Positions 51,042 to 59,407 of a stretch of 64,000 nt of DNA are shown in pieces. Source of the stretch: Patescibacteria group bacterium (GTDB lineage Bacteria > Patescibacteriota > Microgenomatia > Levybacterales > UBA12049). The position numbers and the translations under genes are program-made. The first letter of the stretch is position 1. Every line of letters starts with the position of its first letter. The stretch covers positions 12,484 through 76,483 of the forward strand of contig JBBTXS010000008.1 of the NCBI GenBank assembly GCA_038062115.1, written 5' to 3'. The notes beneath the pieces are model-generated. The model was not told where the DNA came from and ran no database searches. It worked only from the letters and a program-made list of their open reading frames with translations.

Positions 51042-52457
51042 TTACTCCTTCGTTCCCCTTAAGTATACTGCTCTCCAAGGCTGAAAATTTGAGACAAATT
51101 TGTCAGACAAAATTGTGTTTCCATCTTTTGTAACTTGTCTAGTAAAAGTAACTTTTGCTCCCTCTGCCGCAAAATCAACTTGTTTAATTGCTCCTTTTGG
51201 AAGACTTGAATCATCCTGATATGTATCTGGAAGTGGAGGAGTTAGATTTGCAACAACTGGTTCGCTTATAACTACTTCTCTTCCATCAGATGTGCCAAAA
51301 AGAGAAAAAGTTAGTTTTTGAGTATCTAGATCTATTGATGTTTGGACTAATATATATTTTCCAGTATCATTTTTAAACCTTAAATCGACAGACGGCGAAT
51401 ATATTGTTGCATCAAAGCCTGGAGGACTATTTTGTTCGTAATACGAAACTCTATATGCGTGAGCATGTCTTTCTATAATTGGGAGACCAGCATTAAGAAT
51501 TGCTCGAAAAAGTGTGGTTGATACTTGGCAAACTCCGCCGCCGTCTCCTAGAACCGTTTTTCCATTTTGAATAATATATGCTTGTTTGTATCCTGTAAAT
51601 GCAGAAATATCTCCTAATGCTTTGTTAAACGAAAATACTGCGTCAGGCGCAATTAAGACACCATTTAACCTTATGGCAGCAAGTGTAACATTGTAAATTC
51701 TACTTGGAATTGAGTGTTGGAAAAACGAGACGCCTTCTCCAATAAGTTCTTTAATTCCAAGATTATTAACTTTTTCGGTTGTGATATTGGGTTTTAGAAC
51801 TTTAATAGGAATATTGATAACTATAGCTTGCGGTTTATCTAAAAGCATTACTTTTGCAAAGTTAGATTCCAACTTATTTTTTATTGCTTCTAAATCGGCT
51901 TCTTGCCCATCTAAGGATTGTTTAAACGTAGTTACTTTACCGTTTTTGTATGCAAAAATTGCATCTATTGGATCAACGTGAAGTTTTTCTACGATAGGCT
52001 TAAGAGCAGTCAATAATTTGGCTTCTGAATAGTGATGGGCTTCTTGTAAATATATGCCATTAAGATAGGCTGTAACAATTAAACTTATATCAGAAAAAAC
52101 ATTTTTAGACCTACCGATGCTCATTGCCTGCTTTGTAATTAACTCTTGGTCAAATCCATAGCCAATTTGGGCTGCAGAAACCGTAGCTACTCCAATATCG
52201 CTTACAAAAACAAAGTCCGTTTTGCCAATATTTTCATTTTTTTTGGCAAACATTTCATTTATTTGCGATGGTGTTTTTCTGCCCAAATCCATGCCGCCAA
52301 TAATGACTCCTGGATAAACAACATTGGTATTAATTTTTTGGAAAATGATAAAAGCAAAGCTTACAAACAAAAATAAGCCAAATATCGCGCCTATTGCGAA
52401 CCAAAATAATATTTTTGTGGCACTTAAGATATATTGTCTAAAAATCTTAATTCTCAT
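51042..52457 (-). CDS. VanW family protein
   Basis: 471 aa. N-terminal TM. GGGVCQVSTTLFRAILNAGLPIIERHAHAYRVSYY is the VanW core. Confidence 0.8.
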   Translation of the reverse strand: MRIKIFRQYILSATKILFWFAIGAIFGLFLFVSFAFIIFQKINTNVVYPGVIIGGMDLGRKTPSQINEMFAKKNENIGKTDFVFVSDIGVATVSAAQIGYGFDQELITKQAMSIGRSKNVFSDISLIVTAYLNGIYLQEAHHYSEAKLLTALKPIVEKLHVDPIDAIFAYKNGKVTTFKQSLDGQEADLEAIKNKLESNFAKVMLLDKPQAIVINIPIKVLKPNITTEKVNNLGIKELIGEGVSFFQHSIPSRIYNVTLAAIRLNGVLIAPDAVFSFNKALGDISAFTGYKQAYIIQNGKTVLGDGGGVCQVSTTLFRAILNAGLPIIERHAHAYRVSYYEQNSPPGFDATIYSPSVDLRFKNDTGKYILVQTSIDLDTQKLTFSLFGTSDGREVVISEPVVANLTPPLPDTYQDDSSLPKGAIKQVDFAAEGAKVTFTRQVTKDGNTILSDKFVSNFQPWRAVYLRGTKE

Positions 52458-52491
52458 TTGATATAGAATATCTTTGGTATTATACTAAAAT

Positions 52492-53841
52492 ATGGATATG
52501 GATGAAAACTTAATTTTTGATAATCCTCAATCTTTGCCTTCTCAACCTTTACTCAAGAAGATTATAAAACTAGTATTTGGAGTTTTGGCGGTTATTTTTT
52601 TGGGATTTGTTATTTTTGGCTTGGTTGTTCCAATTTTACATAAAAAACCAAAGAGTGAAAAAACTACACTTTTGTATTGGGGATTATGGGAAGATTCTAA
52701 AGTGATGCAACCTATAATTTCTGACTTTGAACGACAATATCCAAATATTACAGTGAATTTCGTTAAACAGGATATAAAACAATATAGAGAACGGCTAGTA
52801 ACTAGAATTCAAAATGGTACAGGACCAGATGTTTTTCGTTTCCACAATACTTGGTGGCCGATGCTTTCGAATATTTTAGTTCCATTGCCTAAAGATACTA
52901 TAACAAAAACTGATTTTGAAAAATGGTTTTACAAAGTTGCCCAAAACGATTTAGTTAAAAATGGCGCTATATACGGCATTCCACTTGAAATAGACACTCT
53001 TTCTTTGTATATAAATACCGAGGTATTTAAAGCTCGCGGATTATCTAGTCCTAAAGATTGGATAGATTTTTCCAATATAGCTCGTCAACTTACTGTAAAA
53101 GATGAGAGGGGAAAAATAGCAACTGCAGGTGCGGCAGTTGGAACTTTTGGTAATATTACGCATGCAGGCGACGTAGTATCTTTATTTCTTGTTCAAAACG
53201 GGACAGACTTAAACGATATCTCCTCAACAGAGCAATTAGCAAGTGAAGCTTTAAGTTTTTATACCTCTTTTGCTTTAAATGATAAAGTTTGGGATGATAC
53301 ATTTGACCCATCTGTATTATCTTTTGCCCAAGGAAATCTTGCCATGCTTTTTGGTTATTCTCGGGATTTTTTTACAATAAAATCTATCGATCCCAATCTT
53401 TCATTTGAAATCTATCCAGTTCCTCATCTCCCACAGCAAAATATGACTATAGCAAGTTACTGGGTGGAAGGAGTATCCATAAAAAGTAAATATCAAAAAG
53501 AAGCAATGCTTCTTATAAAATATTTAGCTCAAAAAGAGACACAACAGAAATTATTTACCGAACAATCAAAAACAAGAGCGGTAGGCTTGCCGTATGGAAG
53601 GCGCGATCTTGCGAATTTGCTAAAAGATAACGCAAATGTATATCCATTTATCTCTCAGGCAGAAGGTGCTATATCTTCTTTTTTTGCAAGCGACACTTAT
53701 GATAATGGTTTAAATTCTCAAATGAATAATTACCTTGAAGACGCAGTTAACGCAATTCTTACTGGCTCCTCGTCCCAAACCGCAGTCGATACTCTCCAAA
53801 AAGGCGTTTCGCAAATATTGCAGCAATATGCTACAAAGTAG
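52492..53841 (+). CDS. Membrane-anchored extracellular solute-binding protein (family 1, sugar-type)
   Basis: 449 aa. TM anchor. LLYWGLWEDSKVMQPIISDFERQYPNITVNF and general SBP_bac_1-like pattern. No adjacent permease genes. Confidence 0.65.
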   Translation: MDMDENLIFDNPQSLPSQPLLKKIIKLVFGVLAVIFLGFVIFGLVVPILHKKPKSEKTTLLYWGLWEDSKVMQPIISDFERQYPNITVNFVKQDIKQYRERLVTRIQNGTGPDVFRFHNTWWPMLSNILVPLPKDTITKTDFEKWFYKVAQNDLVKNGAIYGIPLEIDTLSLYINTEVFKARGLSSPKDWIDFSNIARQLTVKDERGKIATAGAAVGTFGNITHAGDVVSLFLVQNGTDLNDISSTEQLASEALSFYTSFALNDKVWDDTFDPSVLSFAQGNLAMLFGYSRDFFTIKSIDPNLSFEIYPVPHLPQQNMTIASYWVEGVSIKSKYQKEAMLLIKYLAQKETQQKLFTEQSKTRAVGLPYGRRDLANLLKDNANVYPFISQAEGAISSFFASDTYDNGLNSQMNNYLEDAVNAILTGSSSQTAVDTLQKGVSQILQQYATK

Positions 53842-53858
53842 CTCACAAAAGATAATTA

Positions 53859-55970
53859 TTATTGCGTTCCCACTCGGCCTGTAAATGTGGATTTAGCTAG
53901 CATCTGTTCTTGAATATTTTTTGGAACTTCCTCGTAGTGAGAAGGCTCCATGTAATAAGACGCTCTGCCTTTAGACATACTCCTTAGTGTTGTTGAATAA
54001 CCAGAAAGTTCAGAGAGTGGAACCAAAGACAGAATAATTGTTGCTCTACTTCTTTCTTCGGTTCCTATAATTTGCCCTCTTTTTGCAGATAAATCTCCAA
54101 TAACATCTCCCAAAAACTCAGATGGAGTTGTTACTTCTGTCTTCATAATTGGCTCAAGAAGAGTAAGATCTGCTTTTTTTGCTGCTGCCTGTATTGCCTT
54201 GCTTGCTGCAATCTTAAACGCAATATCCGAAGAGTCAACCTCGTGATAGCTTCCATCGTAAACAGTAACTTTAGTATCAACCATTGGAAAACCAAGAAGA
54301 ATTCCGTTTTCCATGGCTTCTTTTACACCTTTTTCGATTGATCTTATAAATTCAGATGGAATTGCCCCACCCTTTATAGCATCCACAAACTCATTTCCTT
54401 CGCCTCTTTGTTTTGGCTCAATCCTCAAAAAACAATGTCCATATTGCCCGCGTCCGCCAGATTGTCTGATATACTTACCCTCTCCCTCTGCTCTTTTTCT
54501 AACTGTTTCTTTGTATGCAACTTGTGGCGCGCCAACATTTGCCTCAACACCAAAATCACTTTTCATGGTATTTACCTTTACTTCAAGTTGCAATTCTCCA
54601 ACTCCTGAGATAATTGTTTGCCCTGTCTCGTGATTTGCTTTTACATGAAATGTTGGATCTTCATCCATAAGACGCTTTAGCGCATATCCAAGTTTTTCTT
54701 GGTCTTGGGTTGTTTTTGGTTCGATTGCCAAAGAAATAACTGGCTCTGGGAAAGAAATTTTTTCCAAAACAATTGGTTTTGTCTCATCGCATAATGTATC
54801 TCCAGTGCCAGTATCTTTAAGCCCTACTATTGCAACTATTTCTCCTGCAAATCCTTCTTTTAGTTCTTCTCTTTGGTTTGCATGCATTAACAAAAGTCTT
54901 CCTACTCTTTCCTTTTTATTTTTACTGCTGTTATAAACATATGATCCGCTACTCAATTTTCCAGAATAAATTCTAAGATAAGTTAGTTTTCCAACATGAG
55001 GATCGTTTTGAATTTTAAAAGCAAGGCCACAAAAAGCTTCTTCTGGTGCAAGTTTTCTAATTTCCTCTGCATTGGTTTTAGAATTTATTCCTTTTACTTC
55101 TTTTAAATCGTGAGGGGAGGGCAGATAATCAATAACGCTATCCAGAAGTGGCTGAACACCTTTATTTCTTAAAGATGATCCAGCAAAAATAGGAACAAGT
55201 TTGTATGCAATTACAGCCCGTCGCAAAGCTCCCTTTAACTCATCGACCGTTGGCTCTTGACCGCTAAGATATTTTTCCAAAAGTGTATCATCTGTTTCTG
55301 CTATTTTTTCTATAAGTTTATTTCGATATTTTTCAACTTCATCTTTCATTTCAGAGGGCATCTTGTCTGACACGTCAAATTTTAAACCTTGCTCGTCTGA
55401 TCCCCAAACTGAGGCTTTTCTAGTTAGCAAATCAACAATCCCCTTAAAGCTTGCCTCAACTCCTATTGGCAAAACCATGATGGCTGGGCGCGCTCCAAGT
55501 CGATCCTCGACAGATTTAATTGTTGCAAAAAAATTAGCACCAACTTTATCCATTTTATTTACAAAACATATCCTTGGAATCTTATATTTATCTGCTTGTC
55601 TCCAAACTGTTTCGGATTGAGACTGCACTCCTTCCTCTGCATCCAAAACTGTAATTCCACCATCTAAAACTCGAAGAGACCTCTCAACTTCTGCTGTAAA
55701 GTCAACATGGCCCGGGGTATCTATAATGTTTATCCTATAACCTTTCCAATAGGTTGTAGTTGCTGCGGATACAATAGTAATACCGCGCTTTCTTTCTTCT
55801 TCCATCCAGTCCATAACTGTTGTGCCTTCGTCAATATCGCCTATTTTATAAGTTTTGCCAGTGTAAAAAAGAATGCGCTCGGTTGTAGTTGTTTTTCCCG
55901 CATCAATATGAGCAATAATACCAATGTTTCTAATTTTAGAAAGCTCTGTAGTACGTTTCTGGTCAGCCAT
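53859..55970 (-). CDS. fusA: Elongation factor G
   Basis: 703 aa. IGIIAHIDAGKTTTTERIL, NIIDTPGHVDF, FVNKMDK, and domain IV/V motifs. Confidence 0.97.
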   Translation of the reverse strand: MADQKRTTELSKIRNIGIIAHIDAGKTTTTERILFYTGKTYKIGDIDEGTTVMDWMEEERKRGITIVSAATTTYWKGYRINIIDTPGHVDFTAEVERSLRVLDGGITVLDAEEGVQSQSETVWRQADKYKIPRICFVNKMDKVGANFFATIKSVEDRLGARPAIMVLPIGVEASFKGIVDLLTRKASVWGSDEQGLKFDVSDKMPSEMKDEVEKYRNKLIEKIAETDDTLLEKYLSGQEPTVDELKGALRRAVIAYKLVPIFAGSSLRNKGVQPLLDSVIDYLPSPHDLKEVKGINSKTNAEEIRKLAPEEAFCGLAFKIQNDPHVGKLTYLRIYSGKLSSGSYVYNSSKNKKERVGRLLLMHANQREELKEGFAGEIVAIVGLKDTGTGDTLCDETKPIVLEKISFPEPVISLAIEPKTTQDQEKLGYALKRLMDEDPTFHVKANHETGQTIISGVGELQLEVKVNTMKSDFGVEANVGAPQVAYKETVRKRAEGEGKYIRQSGGRGQYGHCFLRIEPKQRGEGNEFVDAIKGGAIPSEFIRSIEKGVKEAMENGILLGFPMVDTKVTVYDGSYHEVDSSDIAFKIAASKAIQAAAKKADLTLLEPIMKTEVTTPSEFLGDVIGDLSAKRGQIIGTEERSRATIILSLVPLSELSGYSTTLRSMSKGRASYYMEPSHYEEVPKNIQEQMLAKSTFTGRVGTQ

Positions 55971-56086
55971 AATAACAAAAGCTTAAAGCGCAAAAGTCAA
56001 AAATACAACTCAAAACTATATATAAAGAGCTTTAAGCTTTGCGCTGTGGCTTTTCGCTTTGCACTTTGAGCTTTAAGCTAAATCAA

Positions 56087-56095
56087 AGTATACCA
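56087..56095 (-). promoter_or_regulatory. Candidate extended -10 promoter for fusA
   Basis: Minus strand reads TGgTATACT. It would give a ~110-nt leader containing three copies of the AAGCTTAAAGC/GCTTTAAGCTT motif. Confidence 0.3.
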
Positions 56096-56175
56096 TATTT
56101 TTCATTCCCATTCTAGGAGAATATATCTCGATTGCTACTCTGGGGTTTTTACGATTACGCGATTTCGATAATGAT

Positions 56176-56514
56176 TTACCTGCCCTTTCGCTTCGGAATT
56201 TGAAAATCTTTTACTGGAAACGGTCTACCCTTTAATTCATTTTCTCTTATCTTTTTAAAAGACTTTGTAGGAAGATATCCACTTACAAGATCCGTATAAT
56301 AGCCCTTTTTCATCTGATTTCCAGCAATTTCAGCAAGCTGAGGATGTGGATATACATTAACTATAGTTACTCTTGATAATTCTTGTTCCCTTTCTTTTTT
56401 AACTTCTTCGGGCAACTCAATCTCTACCTGTTGCATCAATTGTCTATCTATAGGAACAAAGGCATCTGTATATGTAGACTTAATTATTCCTTTGATCTCA
56501 TAAAAACGAAGCAT
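56176..56514 (-). CDS. Hypothetical protein
   Basis: 112-aa ORF upstream of fusA on the same strand. No motif recognised. Lys/Arg-rich C-terminus. Confidence 0.4.
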   Translation of the reverse strand: MLRFYEIKGIIKSTYTDAFVPIDRQLMQQVEIELPEEVKKEREQELSRVTIVNVYPHPQLAEIAGNQMKKGYYTDLVSGYLPTKSFKKIRENELKGRPFPVKDFQIPKRKGR

Positions 56515-56707
56515 CCCTCATAGATGTATCTTTTTCATCTGAATTAAATGGATATATTCTTCTAGTGTAGAAGTTCTTGTGCAACTTTTTCTAATGCTGA
56601 TCGTTGAACTTCTCTGGGTTCTCCTTCTGGCATATAGGGAATATATGCTATTTGGGAGCAATTGTCAACTATAAGTCTTACTGTAACGATATGATATAAT
56701 TGAATAA

Positions 56708-57307
56708 ATGAAAAAGTATATTTTGTTTGGAATAGTTGTTTTACTAGGTATATTTGGATTAACCATGTTTCAGAAGTCATCCCAACCTCCGTCTACAACA
56801 CCCAATAAAACAGAAGATCAACCACTATCTACTATTTCCGATCAGACGACGCAATCCACTCCATCTAGTATAATAATCGATGTGAATGATGCACAAAAAG
56901 CTATTATAAAAACAAGCAAAGGCGAAATAACCTTAACCCTATATCCCAATGATGCGTCCAATACTGTTGTTAATTTTATTGCAAAAGCAAAAAGTGGATT
57001 TTATAAGAGTCTTACTTTTCATAGAGTAGAAGATTGGGTAATTCAAGGTGGAGATCCTTTGGGGGATGGAACAGGAGGAGGAGAAATGCCGACCGAGTTA
57101 AACAATAAACCATTTTTTGCTGGGTCATTAGGAGTTGCTAGAGGGGAAGATATAAAAATTTCAAACGATGCTCAGTTTTTTATAACCAAAAAAGATTCGG
57201 CTTTTCTTAATAGTCAATATACAAATTTTGGCATAGTAACAAAAGGTATGGATATTGTGGAAAAAATTGAGGTAGGCGATAAAATCCTCCAGATATCTAC
57301 AGAATAA
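56708..57307 (+). CDS. Cyclophilin-type peptidyl-prolyl isomerase, membrane-anchored/secreted
   Basis: 199 aa. N-terminal TM. FHRVEDWVIQGGDPLGDGTGGG and QFFITKKDSAFLNSQYTNFG cyclophilin motifs. Confidence 0.85.
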   Translation: MKKYILFGIVVLLGIFGLTMFQKSSQPPSTTPNKTEDQPLSTISDQTTQSTPSSIIIDVNDAQKAIIKTSKGEITLTLYPNDASNTVVNFIAKAKSGFYKSLTFHRVEDWVIQGGDPLGDGTGGGEMPTELNNKPFFAGSLGVARGEDIKISNDAQFFITKKDSAFLNSQYTNFGIVTKGMDIVEKIEVGDKILQISTE

Positions 57308-57368
57308 TACTTATCTTAAACCTATAGTATTAGAATCTATTTGCGACCGCTTTAGAAGGCTAAAAGAC

Positions 57369-57463
57369 CTACCATTTGAAGTGAGCAAAAGCGCTATTCG
57401 CTTGCGCCATTCTTAAAACTGCGTCTCTTTTCTTGATTGCTTCTCCTCTATTTTCTGCTGCAT
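57369..57463 (-). pseudogene. Orphan duplicate of the last 31 codons plus stop of rpsG
   Basis: 95 nt align without gaps to 58461..58555 with 84 identities. It translates to [30 protein letters not shown]-stop, against ...ANRAFAHFKW-stop in rpsG. An in-frame stop lies 3 codons upstream of the homology. Confidence 0.85.
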
Positions 57464-57474
57464 AGAGTAATTAA

Positions 57475-58239
57475 TTACCCAGGGTTTGCAATTTTTCCAT
57501 TTCTAGCTACAACTGCTCTTATCCATTCACCTTGCCCTACGACCTCAAAATGAGGACGATGATCGGTTCTAAGTCCTTCCAAAAGCGGAGAAGATGTTTG
57601 AAATCCGCATTTCATAAATTCACCATCAATTTCCCGATAAGTATCATGACCTAATTTGAGGTAAATGTTAGGAGATAAAGTTATATGAGGACCTTTCCCA
57701 ACCCAAAACATATTATCAGGTATAGAAAAATTCGGATCAATTTTTTCAGCATTAGAGTCAAACCACTCACGAAACTCCGCAAAAGTTCCTTCTTCTGATA
57801 CGCGAATAGGTTCTAAGGACGGAGGAATCCAAAAACGTTGTCCTTTGTCAATTCTTAACCATATTTCCGTTGCCTCTTCCACCCCTTCTGAATTCGCTTT
57901 ATAGCCTATTCTCCAATTTCTTCCTTCCTCACCTTCTATACAAATATCTTTTTTTTCTTCGCTACCCAGAATTTGTTCCAATTCTTTCCCCTTAATATAT
58001 GCCGCGTCAGGTACGAAGAAAAAATGAAATAGTTTTGACTCTTTGCCCAATTCTACAGGACGCAAACCATAGTTTGTCACCGGAAGCTCTACGATTGCCT
58101 CTTTCTCTTTTCCGGGTATTCCTATTAGTTTCAATCTTTCAGAAAAAGATTCAGTATCTACATGTAATCCTAAATGCGCATACCTGCTTCTAGCATGAGG
58201 CTCTAACTGCTCAAGAACTTCTCTGGGCACATTGGTCAT
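57475..58239 (-). CDS. Hypothetical protein in the rpsG-associated insert
   Basis: 254 aa from ATG 58239 (MTNVPREVLEQ). The ORF-track start is a TTG one codon upstream. No motif recognised. Sampled lines are more GC-rich than neighbouring genes. Confidence 0.55.
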   Translation of the reverse strand: MTNVPREVLEQLEPHARSRYAHLGLHVDTESFSERLKLIGIPGKEKEAIVELPVTNYGLRPVELGKESKLFHFFFVPDAAYIKGKELEQILGSEEKKDICIEGEEGRNWRIGYKANSEGVEEATEIWLRIDKGQRFWIPPSLEPIRVSEEGTFAEFREWFDSNAEKIDPNFSIPDNMFWVGKGPHITLSPNIYLKLGHDTYREIDGEFMKCGFQTSSPLLEGLRTDHRPHFEVVGQGEWIRAVVARNGKIANPG

Positions 58240-58429
58240 CAAAAAAAGGCAAATTGCTGCGGTTTAACGCAAAAGAAACTATAGTGGCACTTTCTGGTTT
58301 TATTGTTTTAGGTTGATCAACCATTAACGGTTTTCCCCGCCACAACAGATCGTCAAATCCGCTTCTCTCTAAAGCTAAAGCTTGTTGATCTTTACTACGG
58401 ACAAAGCGTGGTTTTTCTACTGAAGGCAT
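58211..58429 (-). CDS. Hypothetical small ORF, possibly the frameshifted N-terminal part of the downstream ORF
   Basis: 73 aa from ATG 58429 (MPSVEKPRF). The ORF-track start TTG 58480 lies inside rpsG. Overlaps the next ORF across a T7 run (58241..58247); deleting 1 nt would fuse the two frames. Confidence 0.35.
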   Translation of the reverse strand: MPSVEKPRFVRSKDQQALALERSGFDDLLWRGKPLMVDQPKTIKPESATIVSFALNRSNLPFFDDQCAQRSS

Positions 58430-58460
58430 AACACAAAGGCAGTCTATATAGACTACTAGA

Positions 58461-58934
58461 CTACCACTTAAAATGGGCAAAGGCGCGGTTTGCTTGCGCC
58501 ATTCTTAAAACTGCATCTCTTTTCTTGATTGCTTCACCTCTATTCTCTGCTGCATCCAAAAATTCTTGAGCTAATTTTTCCGAAAATCTGTGATATTCCT
58601 TATTTGGCTTGGTTTTTGCTGCTTGAATTAACCAACGAATTGCAATAGATGTTCTTCTATCGGCTCTTACTTCAATCGGAATCTGGTAAGAAGCGCCTCC
58701 CACCCGTCTTGGCCTAACTTCTTGTCTTGGACCAACATTTTGGATAGCCTTCTCAAAAAGAGAAATAGCGTCCTGATTTTTATTTTTAAGAATGTCAAAA
58801 GAACTATACAAAACGTTCTTTGCAACAGTTTTCTTACCATTTTTCATAAGATAATTTACAAACTTTGCAACCAAAACGCTTTTATATTTTTTATCTTGTT
58901 CGATTTGTCTATTTTCTGCTTTTTTATGTCGCAT
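58461..58934 (-). CDS. rpsG: 30S ribosomal protein S7
   Basis: 157 aa. [67 protein letters not shown]. Confidence 0.97.
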   Translation of the reverse strand: MRHKKAENRQIEQDKKYKSVLVAKFVNYLMKNGKKTVAKNVLYSSFDILKNKNQDAISLFEKAIQNVGPRQEVRPRRVGGASYQIPIEVRADRRTSIAIRWLIQAAKTKPNKEYHRFSEKLAQEFLDAAENRGEAIKKRDAVLRMAQANRAFAHFKW

Positions 58935-58937
58935 AAA

Positions 58938-59399
58938 TTATGTGGCTGCTGGTGTAGCAGGAGCTCCTGCTACAACTCGTGGTGCGCCAATACCACTTTT
59001 TTTAGTGCCATACTTGCTTCGTGATCTTTTCCTACCTGTAACCCCCAAAAGATCAAACTTGCCGCGAACTATGTGATATTTAACTCCAGGCAAATCCTTA
59101 ACCCTTCCTCCGCGAACAAGAACTATTCCATGCTCGGTAAGGGAATGTCCTATACCTTGAATATAGGCTGTAACTTCCATTTTATTGGAAAGCCTAACAC
59201 GAGCAACCTTACGAAGTGCAGAGTTTGGCTTTTTTGGAGTCATAGTTTTTACAAGAGTAACTACCCCTCTCTTTTGAGGAGCTACAATGTTTTTATATTG
59301 ACGCTCTCTTGCATTAAAAAGACGTCGTAATGCCGTAGACCTGCTTTTTTTAGTTTTTCTATTTCTTCCCCTTTTAACAAGTTGTGATAATGTTGGCAT
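58938..59399 (-). CDS. rpsL: 30S ribosomal protein S12 (with Ala/Pro-rich C-terminal tail)
   Basis: 153 aa. [44 protein letters not shown]. About 15 extra C-terminal residues, [18 protein letters not shown]. Confidence 0.95.
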   Translation of the reverse strand: MPTLSQLVKRGRNRKTKKSRSTALRRLFNARERQYKNIVAPQKRGVVTLVKTMTPKKPNSALRKVARVRLSNKMEVTAYIQGIGHSLTEHGIVLVRGGRVKDLPGVKYHIVRGKFDLLGVTGRKRSRSKYGTKKSGIGAPRVVAGAPATPAAT

Positions 59400-59407
59400 A
59401 TATTTTA

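Noticed and set aside
56562-56780. 72-aa minus-strand ORF
   Set aside because: It overlaps the start of the cyclophilin gene on the opposite strand, has no motif, and looks like a chance ORF in AT-rich DNA.
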